DNA of 16,678 bases from an uncultured archaeon. GTDB taxonomy: Archaea > Asgardarchaeota > Lokiarchaeia > Sigyniarchaeales > SOKP01. Positions 7,030 to 16,395 of this stretch are shown here, piece by piece. The stretch's first letter is position 1; each line of letters begins with the position of its first letter. The notes beneath the pieces were generated by a model that did no database searches, was not told where the DNA came from, and worked only from the letters and a program-made list of their open reading frames with translations. The stretch is taken from positions 1 through 16,678 of the forward strand of contig CAZWEM010000068.1 in NCBI GenBank assembly GCA_964632315.1, given 5' to 3'. Made by a program: the position numbers and the translations under genes.

Positions 7030-9009
7030 TTATAAGAATCTAACAAGGTTTTCATTTTTAAACTTAGTTTTTAAAAGGGTCATCTGTATATAACTAAAGC
7101 TTGTTAAAATAAAAAAGATGCTGAGAATTATTATAATTGGAATTTGAATAGGTGGTGTTGATAAAAGGTTAAACGAAAATAAAATAGTTAAGATAAGTCC
7201 AAAAGCGAAGCTTAACGCAATTGATACTACCAATATTAAAAAGAATTCCCAAAATAATATTTTTTTTATTGTTTTAAATTTAGCACCAATAGCACGCATT
7301 ATTGCATAATCGGTTAATTTTTGAGTTAAACTTGATTTTTGATAATTATATATTAAAATTAGTGCAATGATGAATAAAATAATTAGGGTAAATATAGAAT
7401 AAGAATTCAGTGATGTGAGAAAATCTAAGTTTTTTTTAAAAATATTATTTAGCGATATGAATCTGAATGACTCTCCCAGGTTTTTTTTGATAAGATTTGA
7501 TAGATAAGATTTATTGATTTGGTCCATATTTACTTTCAAGCATGCGATATTTATTTGATCCTCAGTAAGATTACACATATCTTGAAAAGTAGAACGGTCT
7601 AAATACCCAGCGTGACCAGAATAAAAACTGTCAATCAAAACTCCAGAGATGTGAAATGTATGGTTTAAATTTGTAAAACAGATGCTCTGCGCATACGCAT
7701 AATCAAAAAAATTATACGCTAACCCATCTCCAATAGTAATATTATCGAAAGCATCATTATTATTAAAGAATCTTCCTTGAATTTCAAATTCTTGAATTAA
7801 TTGCTTGGAATCTATACCCATAAATGGAAAACATCCTTTTCTTTGCTGACCAATGATATTATAAAAACTGGAGGGAGGAGGAGGATATGGTCCTAGGCCA
7901 AATGGATCATCTTCATGAGGATTGGCCCCTAACTCACTAAATGGATCATAATCATTATAATATCCATCTAATTCTTCTATATTGCAAAAATCGATCAACC
8001 GATAATCTATTTTTTCAACTTCACTATAATTTGCAATTTCTAAGAGATCGCTAGTATTAAATAGATAATTAGGATTAGTGAATTGAATATCTTCTTTTGT
8101 GACATATATATTAGGATTAGAAAACATTTCATACATTCTTGAATAATTAGTAATGACATTTTTATGTCCAATAACGATGACATTATCATCTTGGGATTTA
8201 TGAATCCAGTCTCGAGAGCTATGATTTAGCATTAAGTTTCCCGTACTTAAAGTAAAAATAATTAAGATTATAGTTGAGAAGATTATGGTATATCTGCGAA
8301 AATCACTTCGCCTTCTTTTCAAATTATTTATGGCAATTTTAATTGAAAAGTACCTTAATTTTAAAAATCTTTTAGGTTTTAATAAAGCTAGATTATATGG
8401 AATATCCTTTGAAAAGAGCTTTATAATACTTTCTTGACCAACTCTTCGTAATATTGCTCCAGCTACAAAATAAACACCAAATAGATCAGAGAAAAAGATA
8501 ATGAGAAGAATAAAAGAATTTATCTGAGGGATTAAGGGAAATCCAAGAAGATTTATATATAATGAAAAACCGAGAAATGAAATCACCCCTAACATATAGC
8601 CCAAAAGAGAACTAAATAGGTATAAAACTAAAGCTTCAAGTAAATAATAGGAATATAACTTTTGAGGAATACACCCCAAAGCCTTCATAGTTGCGATATC
8701 CTTTTTTTTAGAGTGTATTAGAGAAATACTTGAAGTAACAACAATAATAAAGTTTAAAATCAGTATTATGACTAAAAAAAGATTGCTAAATTGTGAGAAG
8801 ACGCGGTCAATTGCTCCTGAAAGATAAAATTGATTCTCAAATGATGCAAAATTATTGCTTAATATGCTAAGAAATGTTTGCTTGTTGATTGAGTTAAATA
8901 AATTAATCATGAAGGTTGTCAAACCTAATATCAAAATCATTATGTAAATTAACGGAAAAGTAATTTTTCTGCTTCTATAGATATCCTTTAACACAAAGTC
9001 TAAAGCCAT
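7030..9009 (-). CDS. FtsX/MacB-like (type VII) ABC transporter permease with two FtsX domains
   Basis: Two signature segments (KKKDIATMKALGC and KLTDYAIMRAIGAK, each followed by E-hydrophobic TM helices); IAINNLKRRR hinge; extracytoplasmic domain with IQGRFF, ITIGDGLA and ISGVL motifs and several N-x-S/T sequons. Confidence 0.88.
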   Translation of the reverse strand: MALDFVLKDIYRSRKITFPLIYIMILILGLTTFMINLFNSINKQTFLSILSNNFASFENQFYLSGAIDRVFSQFSNLFLVIILILNFIIVVTSSISLIHSKKKDIATMKALGCIPQKLYSYYLLEALVLYLFSSLLGYMLGVISFLGFSLYINLLGFPLIPQINSFILLIIFFSDLFGVYFVAGAILRRVGQESIIKLFSKDIPYNLALLKPKRFLKLRYFSIKIAINNLKRRRSDFRRYTIIFSTIILIIFTLSTGNLMLNHSSRDWIHKSQDDNVIVIGHKNVITNYSRMYEMFSNPNIYVTKEDIQFTNPNYLFNTSDLLEIANYSEVEKIDYRLIDFCNIEELDGYYNDYDPFSELGANPHEDDPFGLGPYPPPPSSFYNIIGQQRKGCFPFMGIDSKQLIQEFEIQGRFFNNNDAFDNITIGDGLAYNFFDYAYAQSICFTNLNHTFHISGVLIDSFYSGHAGYLDRSTFQDMCNLTEDQINIACLKVNMDQINKSYLSNLIKKNLGESFRFISLNNIFKKNLDFLTSLNSYSIFTLIILFIIALILIYNYQKSSLTQKLTDYAIMRAIGAKFKTIKKILFWEFFLILVVSIALSFAFGLILTILFSFNLLSTPPIQIPIIIILSIFFILTSFSYIQMTLLKTKFKNENLVRFL

Positions 9010-9188
9010 TCAATCACGTTCTAAAAATGAAAATTTTAGATTTCGTCTAATTTATTATTTATCCTTTCCTTAGCTTTTAATTCTTTTGTATAATTTGGAT
9101 TTTTATCATAATTTTATGAAAGTTCGAAAGTCATTAATATAATTATATTCTTAAGTAATTATCAGTAAACCCTTAAAAGTGATATTTA

Positions 9189-10712
9189 TTGAATGAATTT
9201 GTAAATATAATCCCATATCCAGTAAACGTGAAATATGACGAAGGTTATTTCACATTATCTGACGAGATTGATATTCAATTTGATGAAGACTTCGTAAAAG
9301 AGGCAAATTATCTGAAAAATTTTACCAAGAAGTATCTTAAGATTAATTTTGGATTACCTCAATCTTCCTCTACGAATGATAAATTAATACAAATAATTCT
9401 ATCAGATGAGAACATCCCCTCTGAAGGATATTTACTAAATATAAAGAGTGATTCCATCCAAATTAAAGCAAAAACATCTAAGGGAGCATTCTATGGAATA
9501 CAATCATTAATTCAATTACTAATTAGGGACAGCAAAATTTCTTGTGCTAAAATTATTGATTATCCCCGTTTTGGCTGGCGTGGATTCATGTTGGACGAAG
9601 CCAGACATTTTTTTGGCATAGAAGAAGTCAAGAAACTAATAGATGTCATGGCTCTATATAAATTCAACATTTTTCATTGGCATCTTACAGACGACCAGGG
9701 TTGGAGAATCGAAATTGATGAGTTTCCCTTGTTGAATGAAATTAGTTCAAAAAGGAAAGGTACTTCAAAAGGCTCTAGAAAATTAATGGCTGATTTAGAT
9801 GGAGGCAATAAAAGCCTTAATGGCGTTCCTGTCTCAGGCTTATATACAAAAAGTCAGATTAAAGAATTAATTCGTTATGCGAAAGATCGATTTATCACCA
9901 TTATTCCCGAAGTAGATTTTCCAGGACATGTTCAGGCAGTCCTTGCAGCTTATCCCGAATTAAGTTGTACAGGCGGTCCATTTGAGGTAAGTGTAAAATT
10001 TGGAGTCCATAAGGATGTTTTCTGCATAGGAAAAGAAAAAGTTTTTGATTTTTCTGAGAAAATTTTTAAGGAAATCATCTCATTATTTCCCTCCAAAATC
10101 ATTCATGCTGGCGGGGATGAGGTCCCAATTAGAAGATATAAAAGTTGTCCCGATTGCCAAGCTTTAATGAAAAAAGAACAAATGACTGATGAAAAACTGT
10201 TACAACCATACTTTACTACCAGGATGGCAAAATTTTTGGAAAAAAATAATCGGATCTTGATGGGATGGAACGAAATACTTAACGATAATCTTCCCGAAAA
10301 AGTGATTTCTCAATTTTGGGCAGGAGATTTCAATATCGCTGTAGATCATATTAAAAAAGGAAGAAAAACTGTCATGTCAGATATGAGATTCGTTTACCTG
10401 AATTATCCATCCAAACTTACCCTAATTTCGAAGACGTACGATTATGAACCAATTCCTGAAAATCTTAATCTGAAGTATCACAAAAATATTCTAGGGATCG
10501 AAGCATGTTTGTGGACTGAATATGTTCCAGGTATCAATACGCTAGAATATCAAGTGTTCCCAAGGTTGATTGCAGTAGCAGAAACAGGATGGACATTAAA
10601 AGAAAATAAAAATTACCACTCATTCGAACAAAGATTGCCGTTTTCATTAGGAATGCTTGAAAAAATGAATGTAATGTATGCAAAATCAGATGAATACGAC
10701 ATACAATATTAA
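9189..10712 (+). CDS. Beta-N-acetylhexosaminidase, glycoside hydrolase family 20 (no signal peptide)
   Basis: IIPYP, EGYLL, GAFYGIQSL, DYPRFGWRGFMLDEARHF, HWHLTDDQGWR, IIPEVDFPGH, catalytic HAGGDE, GWNE, GIEACLWTEY, FPRLIAVAETGW; TTG start. Confidence 0.95.
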   Translation: MNEFVNIIPYPVNVKYDEGYFTLSDEIDIQFDEDFVKEANYLKNFTKKYLKINFGLPQSSSTNDKLIQIILSDENIPSEGYLLNIKSDSIQIKAKTSKGAFYGIQSLIQLLIRDSKISCAKIIDYPRFGWRGFMLDEARHFFGIEEVKKLIDVMALYKFNIFHWHLTDDQGWRIEIDEFPLLNEISSKRKGTSKGSRKLMADLDGGNKSLNGVPVSGLYTKSQIKELIRYAKDRFITIIPEVDFPGHVQAVLAAYPELSCTGGPFEVSVKFGVHKDVFCIGKEKVFDFSEKIFKEIISLFPSKIIHAGGDEVPIRRYKSCPDCQALMKKEQMTDEKLLQPYFTTRMAKFLEKNNRILMGWNEILNDNLPEKVISQFWAGDFNIAVDHIKKGRKTVMSDMRFVYLNYPSKLTLISKTYDYEPIPENLNLKYHKNILGIEACLWTEYVPGINTLEYQVFPRLIAVAETGWTLKENKNYHSFEQRLPFSLGMLEKMNVMYAKSDEYDIQY

Positions 10713-11122
10713 ACCGAGTTTACATGTAGTAGTTGAGATGTTCCAACGCAAACTAATTCTCCCTCCTCATTTTTAATCTTAGATTCACAGAAAATTACGT
10801 TCTTACCAGCCCTCAAGCAAGTAGCTTCTGCGATCACCCTCCCTTTTGAGACAGACTTCAAAAATGAGACCTGAAGGTCGATCGTGGTCACCCAGCCTTT
10901 AAAATCAGTCGCTGAAAATGCTGCACAAGCACAGGAAGCATCTATCATAGATGCTAATGCTCCACCGTGAATCATTCCGTTTTGTGAGAGCTCCTTTCTC
11001 ATCATTAATTCAATTCTTGACTTTCCATCGTGAATTTCTTTGACTTCCATTCCAATTGTGGAGTAATACGGTAGTCTTTCATATAAATTATCGATTATAT
11101 CTTCCATCTTCATTATGATCAT
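10709..11122 (-). CDS. PaaI family hotdog-fold thioesterase
   Basis: SQNGMIHGGALASMIDASCACA, TTIDLQVSFLKSV, RAGKNVIF; the true start may be a downstream Met (11113 or 11107); stop shares TTAA 10709-10712 with the convergent GH20 gene. Confidence 0.92.
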   Translation of the reverse strand: MIIMKMEDIIDNLYERLPYYSTIGMEVKEIHDGKSRIELMMRKELSQNGMIHGGALASMIDASCACAAFSATDFKGWVTTIDLQVSFLKSVSKGRVIAEATCLRAGKNVIFCESKIKNEEGELVCVGTSQLLHVNSV

Positions 11123-11246
11123 TTTTTTATTACTTAAGCCGAATTATGAGAATTTAAAGAATTATTCAAAAAATACTTTGTTTCATAAGAGATTTATTAA
11201 TAATCTGAAGTTGAATTGTTATACTAAATCAAATTGAGGTGAATTC

Positions 11247-11612
11247 ATGAGAGTTGTTCATTTTGAGTTGAATGTTAGAAATGTGGAAAAAACAAAAGAA
11301 TTTTATGAAAAAGTGTTTAAGTGGAAGATAGAGAAATGGGAAGGTCCCATGGAGTACTGGCTCATTATGACGGGGGATGAAAAAGACCCTGGTATTGATG
11401 GAGGGTTGGGACGAGTAGACAGTGAAAGTCCAAGTATAGTAAATACCATCGATGTAAAGAATATTGATGAAGTCATAAAAGAAATTGAAACGAGAGGAGG
11501 AAAAATTGTAAATCCAAAACATGCTGTTCCAGGTGTAGGATGGTTAGCTTACTTTAAAGACCCTGAAGGACTCCTTTTTGGAATAATGCAAGCTGATCCT
11601 AATGCGAGTTAA
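11247..11612 (+). CDS. VOC (glyoxalase/bleomycin-resistance) family protein
   Basis: RVVHFEL, KEFYEKVFKW, PGIDGGL, GGKIVNPK.AVPGVGWLAYFKDPEG..FGI; GAGGTGA RBS. Confidence 0.93.
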   Translation: MRVVHFELNVRNVEKTKEFYEKVFKWKIEKWEGPMEYWLIMTGDEKDPGIDGGLGRVDSESPSIVNTIDVKNIDEVIKEIETRGGKIVNPKHAVPGVGWLAYFKDPEGLLFGIMQADPNAS

Positions 11613-11832
11613 ATTCAGAATTTATCTGATGGAAATATACATAGATTTAGAATAATCAATTTATCAATTTAAACCAGTTTCTCTTATTTTTTACTCCAGA
11701 GTGATGGTTTTCACAGACAACTTATTGGATCATCTTGTTCTTTTTAAATTAATTTTTAATATTTTGGACTCTAATCTTGAAATTATGTTTATCCAATTCA
11801 AAAATATTAAAATTAAAAAAATTAGATTAAGT

Positions 11833-14800
11833 TTAATTTGTTTTGATCTTTTTCGAATTCCTCCAGCTTAAACCGACCATCCCCACGATTGCTAAAAAGA
11901 AAATTAACATTACATTAGGTCCTGGTATAAAAATTGGAGTATTACTAGGGGTACTTTTATAAATAATGACTGTATCAGAACCAAGATTTCCAGCAGTATC
12001 GTTTGCATAAAATGTGATTGTAACTGGTCCATTTGGCAAGTCATTCCATAGTTCTTCATCTATAATACCAGCATATACGGTAATTACAGAATTTACTCCA
12101 TTATTCAATGTATACCATACTGTATGAAGATTGTCCTCTATAACATCGATATCATAAAGAGGAACGTAAGTAGTATATTCATCTCCTGTATTGGGTACGT
12201 TGATGACTACATTAGGTGCTGCTACATCTTTTTGAACTATTATTTGAACTGAACCAAGATTTCCTGATGTATCATTAGCGAAGAACCTAATTATTATTTG
12301 ACCATCTGGAAGGGTATTCCAGATTAATTCGTCTAGCGTGCCAGTATTGCTCGTGATAATAATATTATTCAAACCACCATCCATAGTATACCACATTGTA
12401 TCCAAATTGTCTTCAAGAATGGAAATTTCATACAATGGTACAGAATCACTAAAAGTTTCGCCGTTAATTGGAGTGTTTACAGAAATAATTGGTGGTATGG
12501 AATCATTTGGTCCATCGTCAAATATCGGATAATCGTCATAGCTTCCTGCTAATCCTTCAATCAAATAAGGAGTATCTCCTATCCCATCATCATTGAGATC
12601 TTCTCCAGAATAATCATCCCACGAATTCCCTATAGTTCCATTATCCCATTCATTTAAAGTTCCATTATCTTTTGCGTTAAGGCCATTCCCAGTAAAAAAA
12701 TTTAAGTATAAAGTATTTTGATTGGCCTCGTAATCAAGAAGAATACCTATTATTTCATTTTCGAGAATTTGATTATTTAATACCTTTGTCTCGTCAACTG
12801 CTAAAAGAACGATCCCATAACCTGAATTATGATACACGTAGTTGTCTTTTATAATATTATTACTTGAGAAAATAATTCCCACACCATATTGATTTTCGAT
12901 TAAATCATTATTAAGAATCATAGATGTAAAACTATACCAAGAATAAATCCCAAGTCCATATTGATAGATAGTATTTTGAGTTAAAATCGAATTATTGCTA
13001 TACATGAGACTAATTGCATAACTATAAACGCTAGGGGTTGGATCCATTAGTTCATTAAGTGATATTGTATTATTATGAGAGTAGGATAAGCTAATTCCTC
13101 TAGGTGTTGTAATGGAATCAACATTCAAAATTCTATTATAAGTGATTTCATTGTTATGGCTATTATTCAACCAAATCCCAATATCATTAACATCATAAAT
13201 TGTGTTATTGTAAACCAACGAATTATTTGTGGATATAAGAGAGACTCCGTAGAGCGTGTTATGAATAGTACAATTTTCAATCTTAAAGTACACGTTAGAA
13301 TTACGTATTTCAATTCCGTTATAGATGCCTCCACCGTCGATCTCGAGATCTTTTATGATATAAGGATCATTCAAGGTACCAACTCCTGTACACCACTCAT
13401 TTTCGAATGCTGTTTTGGTCCAGTTAAAATTAGAATCGAGATCATCGATGTAGATTCTATAGGGTGGAGAGCTAAGCTGTGAAACCCATTCGCAAGGATA
13501 GAAATATAGCTTATTTAATGCATTATATGGAAAATTTGTCAGATTATTACTATGAGCGTATACAATTTTGGTATGATAAAGGGGAATATGATTGAAGCTT
13601 TGAGTTGCCATATAGCTTTGAATGTGCTTGTAAATAGTATCTCTGGCTACCAGATCAGTCTCTGTTAAAGCAGCTGCCATTAAAGCATTTAAGGTAGGAT
13701 CATTGACTTGAGCAGAGTTTGATCCGGAGATAGGATTAAACAATGGATCAAGCATGTTGTAAGGTTCAAGATAATCAGGGGCCCATCCAATAACGTACAA
13801 TTCTAAATGATCAAATCCTTGATCTGGAGTACCTCCACCAACATCGTAGAGATAATCCAAAAATTGATCCCATTGGACGCCATCGTCTTCAGTGGCACAA
13901 CCGATTAATTTAAGCCATACCGTAACTGCAACGTACAAATCTTCTCTAAAAGTATTCCCGAGGTTATATGTATAACGAACTGTTTTGAACGGAGCACTAG
14001 CTGCTTGATCTATCCAATCTTGGTCAACATTTACATCTAATCCAACTCCATAACCCATGGATTGCAGGGTTTCTCGAGCAACAACAACATTTCCCTCGTC
14101 GGGTACAGCTCTAGGATCAATAGATACAGATGCATTATATGCCGCACCAAAAGCAGGTGAGATGGCAGTATAAGATCTTAAGGCATTTCCTAATCGTAAT
14201 TCTTCAATTACGTAGGAATAGTTCACAGCAAAAGCGAATGCTTTTCTCCAAGTTGTGTTATATTTATGGTTATTAACACCCATGTATTGATAAACTAAAC
14301 TTGGTTTACCTGTTTCATCAGTAAAATCCTTCACATAAATATGAGGGATCGTTCTATATGTTGCTATATTTTGATCAGTCGCTAAAAGATTCCAGTCGAT
14401 TTGATTATTGAGAAATGCTTGATGAGCGTTGTTTGCATCATCAAAAATGACATAAGTCATTTGGCTTATGTTTGCGGTTCCTTGCCAGTAATTTCCAAAT
14501 GCGTGGAAACTAACGAGTATATTCGGAGTATAGCCATCATACACAAAAGGGCCAGTACCACAAACGTTTCCAGAGAGAGGGATGAAAGTTTGAGCATCAG
14601 CAGCGTGGAACGTGGGTGAGATCATCCCTGCGTTGATATAAGTCAATGTATTTAAAAATGGAGCATATGCACCATTCAGGGTAATAGTGATGTTATATTC
14701 ACTATTTACAACAACATTGTTCATTATAGGGGTTACTCCATCAGGGAAACTCCATAAAGATTTCGTTTGTGCTACTGTACCATGATTATCTCCAGTAGCG

Positions 14801-15261
14801 TTTATAAGGAAATTCAGTCTGTCTAAATTCCACTTTGCAGCAGCGGCATTAAATGGTGTACCATCATGGAATAGAACTCCTTCCCGTAGTTTTATCTGCA
14901 GTGCAGTCATATTTATCCAGTAGTATGATTCGGCAAGTTGATTAACTAAAGGTAAATCTAAATCTGACAAATTATTCGTGAAAAGCGTCTCAACCACTTG
15001 TTCGAGCACGTTGTTAGAGGCACTATCCCAAGAATCAACTATTTCCAATGTATGAGGCCCTGAAGATGTCCCAACGCTAAATGGTCGATACTGCTGACTG
15101 GTTTTCACCTTTAAGTTATCCTCATCGAGCTTACCACCATTTTGGCCATAAATCTTTGCTGCATTAATTCTATTAGTTTTATGGAGCACTATTATGGAAC
15201 TTGTAATTAAGATAAAAACAAAAATTAGATAAGTGTATTTTAATTTTTTTATTTTTGTCAT
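11833..15261 (-). CDS. Membrane-anchored multidomain surface protein: family-5 (Dpp/Opp-like) solute-binding domain, NosD/CASH beta-helix, two Ig-like repeats, Loki-CTERM-like anchor
   Basis: N-terminal basic plus hydrophobic signal; SBP5 motifs KLREGVLFHDGTPFNA, CGTGPF, YWQG, RKAFAFAVNY, GWAPDYLEPYNML; GVGTLNDPYII cap followed by ~22-aa GIxLxxSxNNxIxxN coils; GNSWDDYSGEDLNDDGIGDTPY; two ~91-aa repeats; C-terminal IPGPN-TM-RNSKKIK. Confidence 0.9.
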   Translation of the reverse strand: MTKIKKLKYTYLIFVFILITSSIIVLHKTNRINAAKIYGQNGGKLDEDNLKVKTSQQYRPFSVGTSSGPHTLEIVDSWDSASNNVLEQVVETLFTNNLSDLDLPLVNQLAESYYWINMTALQIKLREGVLFHDGTPFNAAAAKWNLDRLNFLINATGDNHGTVAQTKSLWSFPDGVTPIMNNVVVNSEYNITITLNGAYAPFLNTLTYINAGMISPTFHAADAQTFIPLSGNVCGTGPFVYDGYTPNILVSFHAFGNYWQGTANISQMTYVIFDDANNAHQAFLNNQIDWNLLATDQNIATYRTIPHIYVKDFTDETGKPSLVYQYMGVNNHKYNTTWRKAFAFAVNYSYVIEELRLGNALRSYTAISPAFGAAYNASVSIDPRAVPDEGNVVVARETLQSMGYGVGLDVNVDQDWIDQAASAPFKTVRYTYNLGNTFREDLYVAVTVWLKLIGCATEDDGVQWDQFLDYLYDVGGGTPDQGFDHLELYVIGWAPDYLEPYNMLDPLFNPISGSNSAQVNDPTLNALMAAALTETDLVARDTIYKHIQSYMATQSFNHIPLYHTKIVYAHSNNLTNFPYNALNKLYFYPCEWVSQLSSPPYRIYIDDLDSNFNWTKTAFENEWCTGVGTLNDPYIIKDLEIDGGGIYNGIEIRNSNVYFKIENCTIHNTLYGVSLISTNNSLVYNNTIYDVNDIGIWLNNSHNNEITYNRILNVDSITTPRGISLSYSHNNTISLNELMDPTPSVYSYAISLMYSNNSILTQNTIYQYGLGIYSWYSFTSMILNNDLIENQYGVGIIFSSNNIIKDNYVYHNSGYGIVLLAVDETKVLNNQILENEIIGILLDYEANQNTLYLNFFTGNGLNAKDNGTLNEWDNGTIGNSWDDYSGEDLNDDGIGDTPYLIEGLAGSYDDYPIFDDGPNDSIPPIISVNTPINGETFSDSVPLYEISILEDNLDTMWYTMDGGLNNIIITSNTGTLDELIWNTLPDGQIIIRFFANDTSGNLGSVQIIVQKDVAAPNVVINVPNTGDEYTTYVPLYDIDVIEDNLHTVWYTLNNGVNSVITVYAGIIDEELWNDLPNGPVTITFYANDTAGNLGSDTVIIYKSTPSNTPIFIPGPNVMLIFFLAIVGMVGLSWRNSKKIKTN
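11956..12504 (-). repeat. Two tandem ~91-aa Ig-like (Big) domain repeats within the surface protein
   Basis: DSIPPIISVNTP...VPLYEISILEDNLDTMWYTMDGG...FFANDTSGNLGS versus DVAAPNVVINVP...VPLYDIDVIEDNLHTVWYTLNNG...FYANDTAGNLGS. Confidence 0.85.
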
Positions 15262-15411
15262 TTTATTTGAATCCTTTGAATTTTTGTAAATTGTAATTAT
15301 AATTTAAATCAACTTACTATTTAAATTCATATAAAATTCATAAAAAACAGATTGAGATTGTGAAATCTTCTTCTTTAGAAGATCAGAACATAATGATCCT
15401 TGAAGAAACAT

Positions 15412-16395
15412 TCAGAAAAATTCCATATAACTGCTTAACATAGGTTTCTTATCCGTGCACTTTGCTTAGAATTGGCACATTTCGCATTCGACTGTATAAG
15501 TTTCCTCGTTCATTTTCCAAGTTACCCTTCTTATGTCACATTTTAAATGAGGTTTATGTTGAGAGATTGATTTTCCCGCGACTTTCATTCGATATTTATT
15601 GGATTTAATTTAATTAAATCCTTTATCAGTTATCACAAATATCTGACATCTATCAACCCATTTTTTACAATTCCCTTCCTAAAATACAAGCAATTTGAAT
15701 GCAGCTCATCGCTTCTTCGTGGAGTTATTTCAAGATGAGCATCTGTAATTACTGAACCTAACTGAATGTTACTTCCTGCTTCTGTTATTAATCCTTCATG
15801 AAGTCTGATCCTGCCGCAAAAGCAACTTATCTTGCAGACCAAGTTGTATAGAATTTGCCTTTCAAAATAATGGTTTACTCATCATTTAGTATGCCTAACT
15901 TAGCATTATAGCCTTTATCATTAAAAAAATTAATAGCCTTTTCGATTATATCGAGCTTAAAAATTTTTCCATAATTTCTTACTACCACCACCTATACCTC
16001 TGCTGGTAAAACTATCCGCCGAAGTTGAACTTGAACAATGCTACTTCTCCTTATAACTTATGTAAAAGGAAATTCAATTGACATCGTGCATAACTCAAAG
16101 ATACTCATATAGTCTTGGTCACAAGCTAACTACATCTCTAAATGAGTCAATTATTCTGAGCATAGAATTTCATTGTATTTTTGAAAGATTAGATCCTCCG
16201 CTCTTACCATTCTGATTAATGGTTTTCAAATACTTTTCCCCCTCCAAATTTCTCTTCACGAAGATTTAATAATTCATTATTTAACCTTAATCCCACCAGT
16301 TGAACATAAAAAAGGTCCACTATCAACTTTTTTTAAACAATTTGTAAATTAAAAATCCTTTTATTTTGCATGTTACTCAACCTTTTATTTTGCAT
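15412..16395 (-). pseudogene. Decayed epoxyqueuosine-reductase (QueG)-like 4Fe-4S protein pseudogene
   Basis: Fragments across shifted frames: FGGGKVFE / KPLIRMVRAEDLIFQKYNEILCSE*LTHLEM* / SIEFPFT*VIR / LPAEV* / RNYG...FFNDKGYNA / KGKFYTTWSAR*VAFAAG / LHEGLITEAGSNIQLGSVITDAHLEITPR..SNCLYF / GNCKKWVDRCQ..ITDKGFN*IKS / ECEMCQF*AKC. These match, from memory, the family pattern WSERH.A.AAGLG..GLIT..G..IRL.SVITD...C..C...CP..AIT..GHDK..C...GC..CQ..VPC. Boundaries are approximate. Confidence 0.8.
15601..15621. repeat. Perfect inverted repeat GGATTTAATT-T-AATTAAATCC
   Basis: 10-bp perfect arms with a 1-nt spacer, inside the pseudogene. Confidence 0.8.

Noticed and set aside
7867-7968. DPF motifs as eukaryote-like AP-2 adaptor-binding signals
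   Set aside because: Topology places them in the extracytoplasmic, sequon-rich domain, out of reach of cytosolic adaptors
11229-14619. Track ORFs 11229-11522 (-), 12338-12532, 13156-13482 and 14401-14619 (+)
   Set aside because: Antisense to the VOC gene and the large surface-protein gene
15633-15842. 69-aa track ORF as an intact gene, or stop-codon recoding of the surrounding region
   Set aside because: It is one frame fragment of a larger pseudogene; mixed TAA/TAG stops, frameshifts and lost cysteines indicate decay, and the other genes end normally at TAA, TAG or TGA
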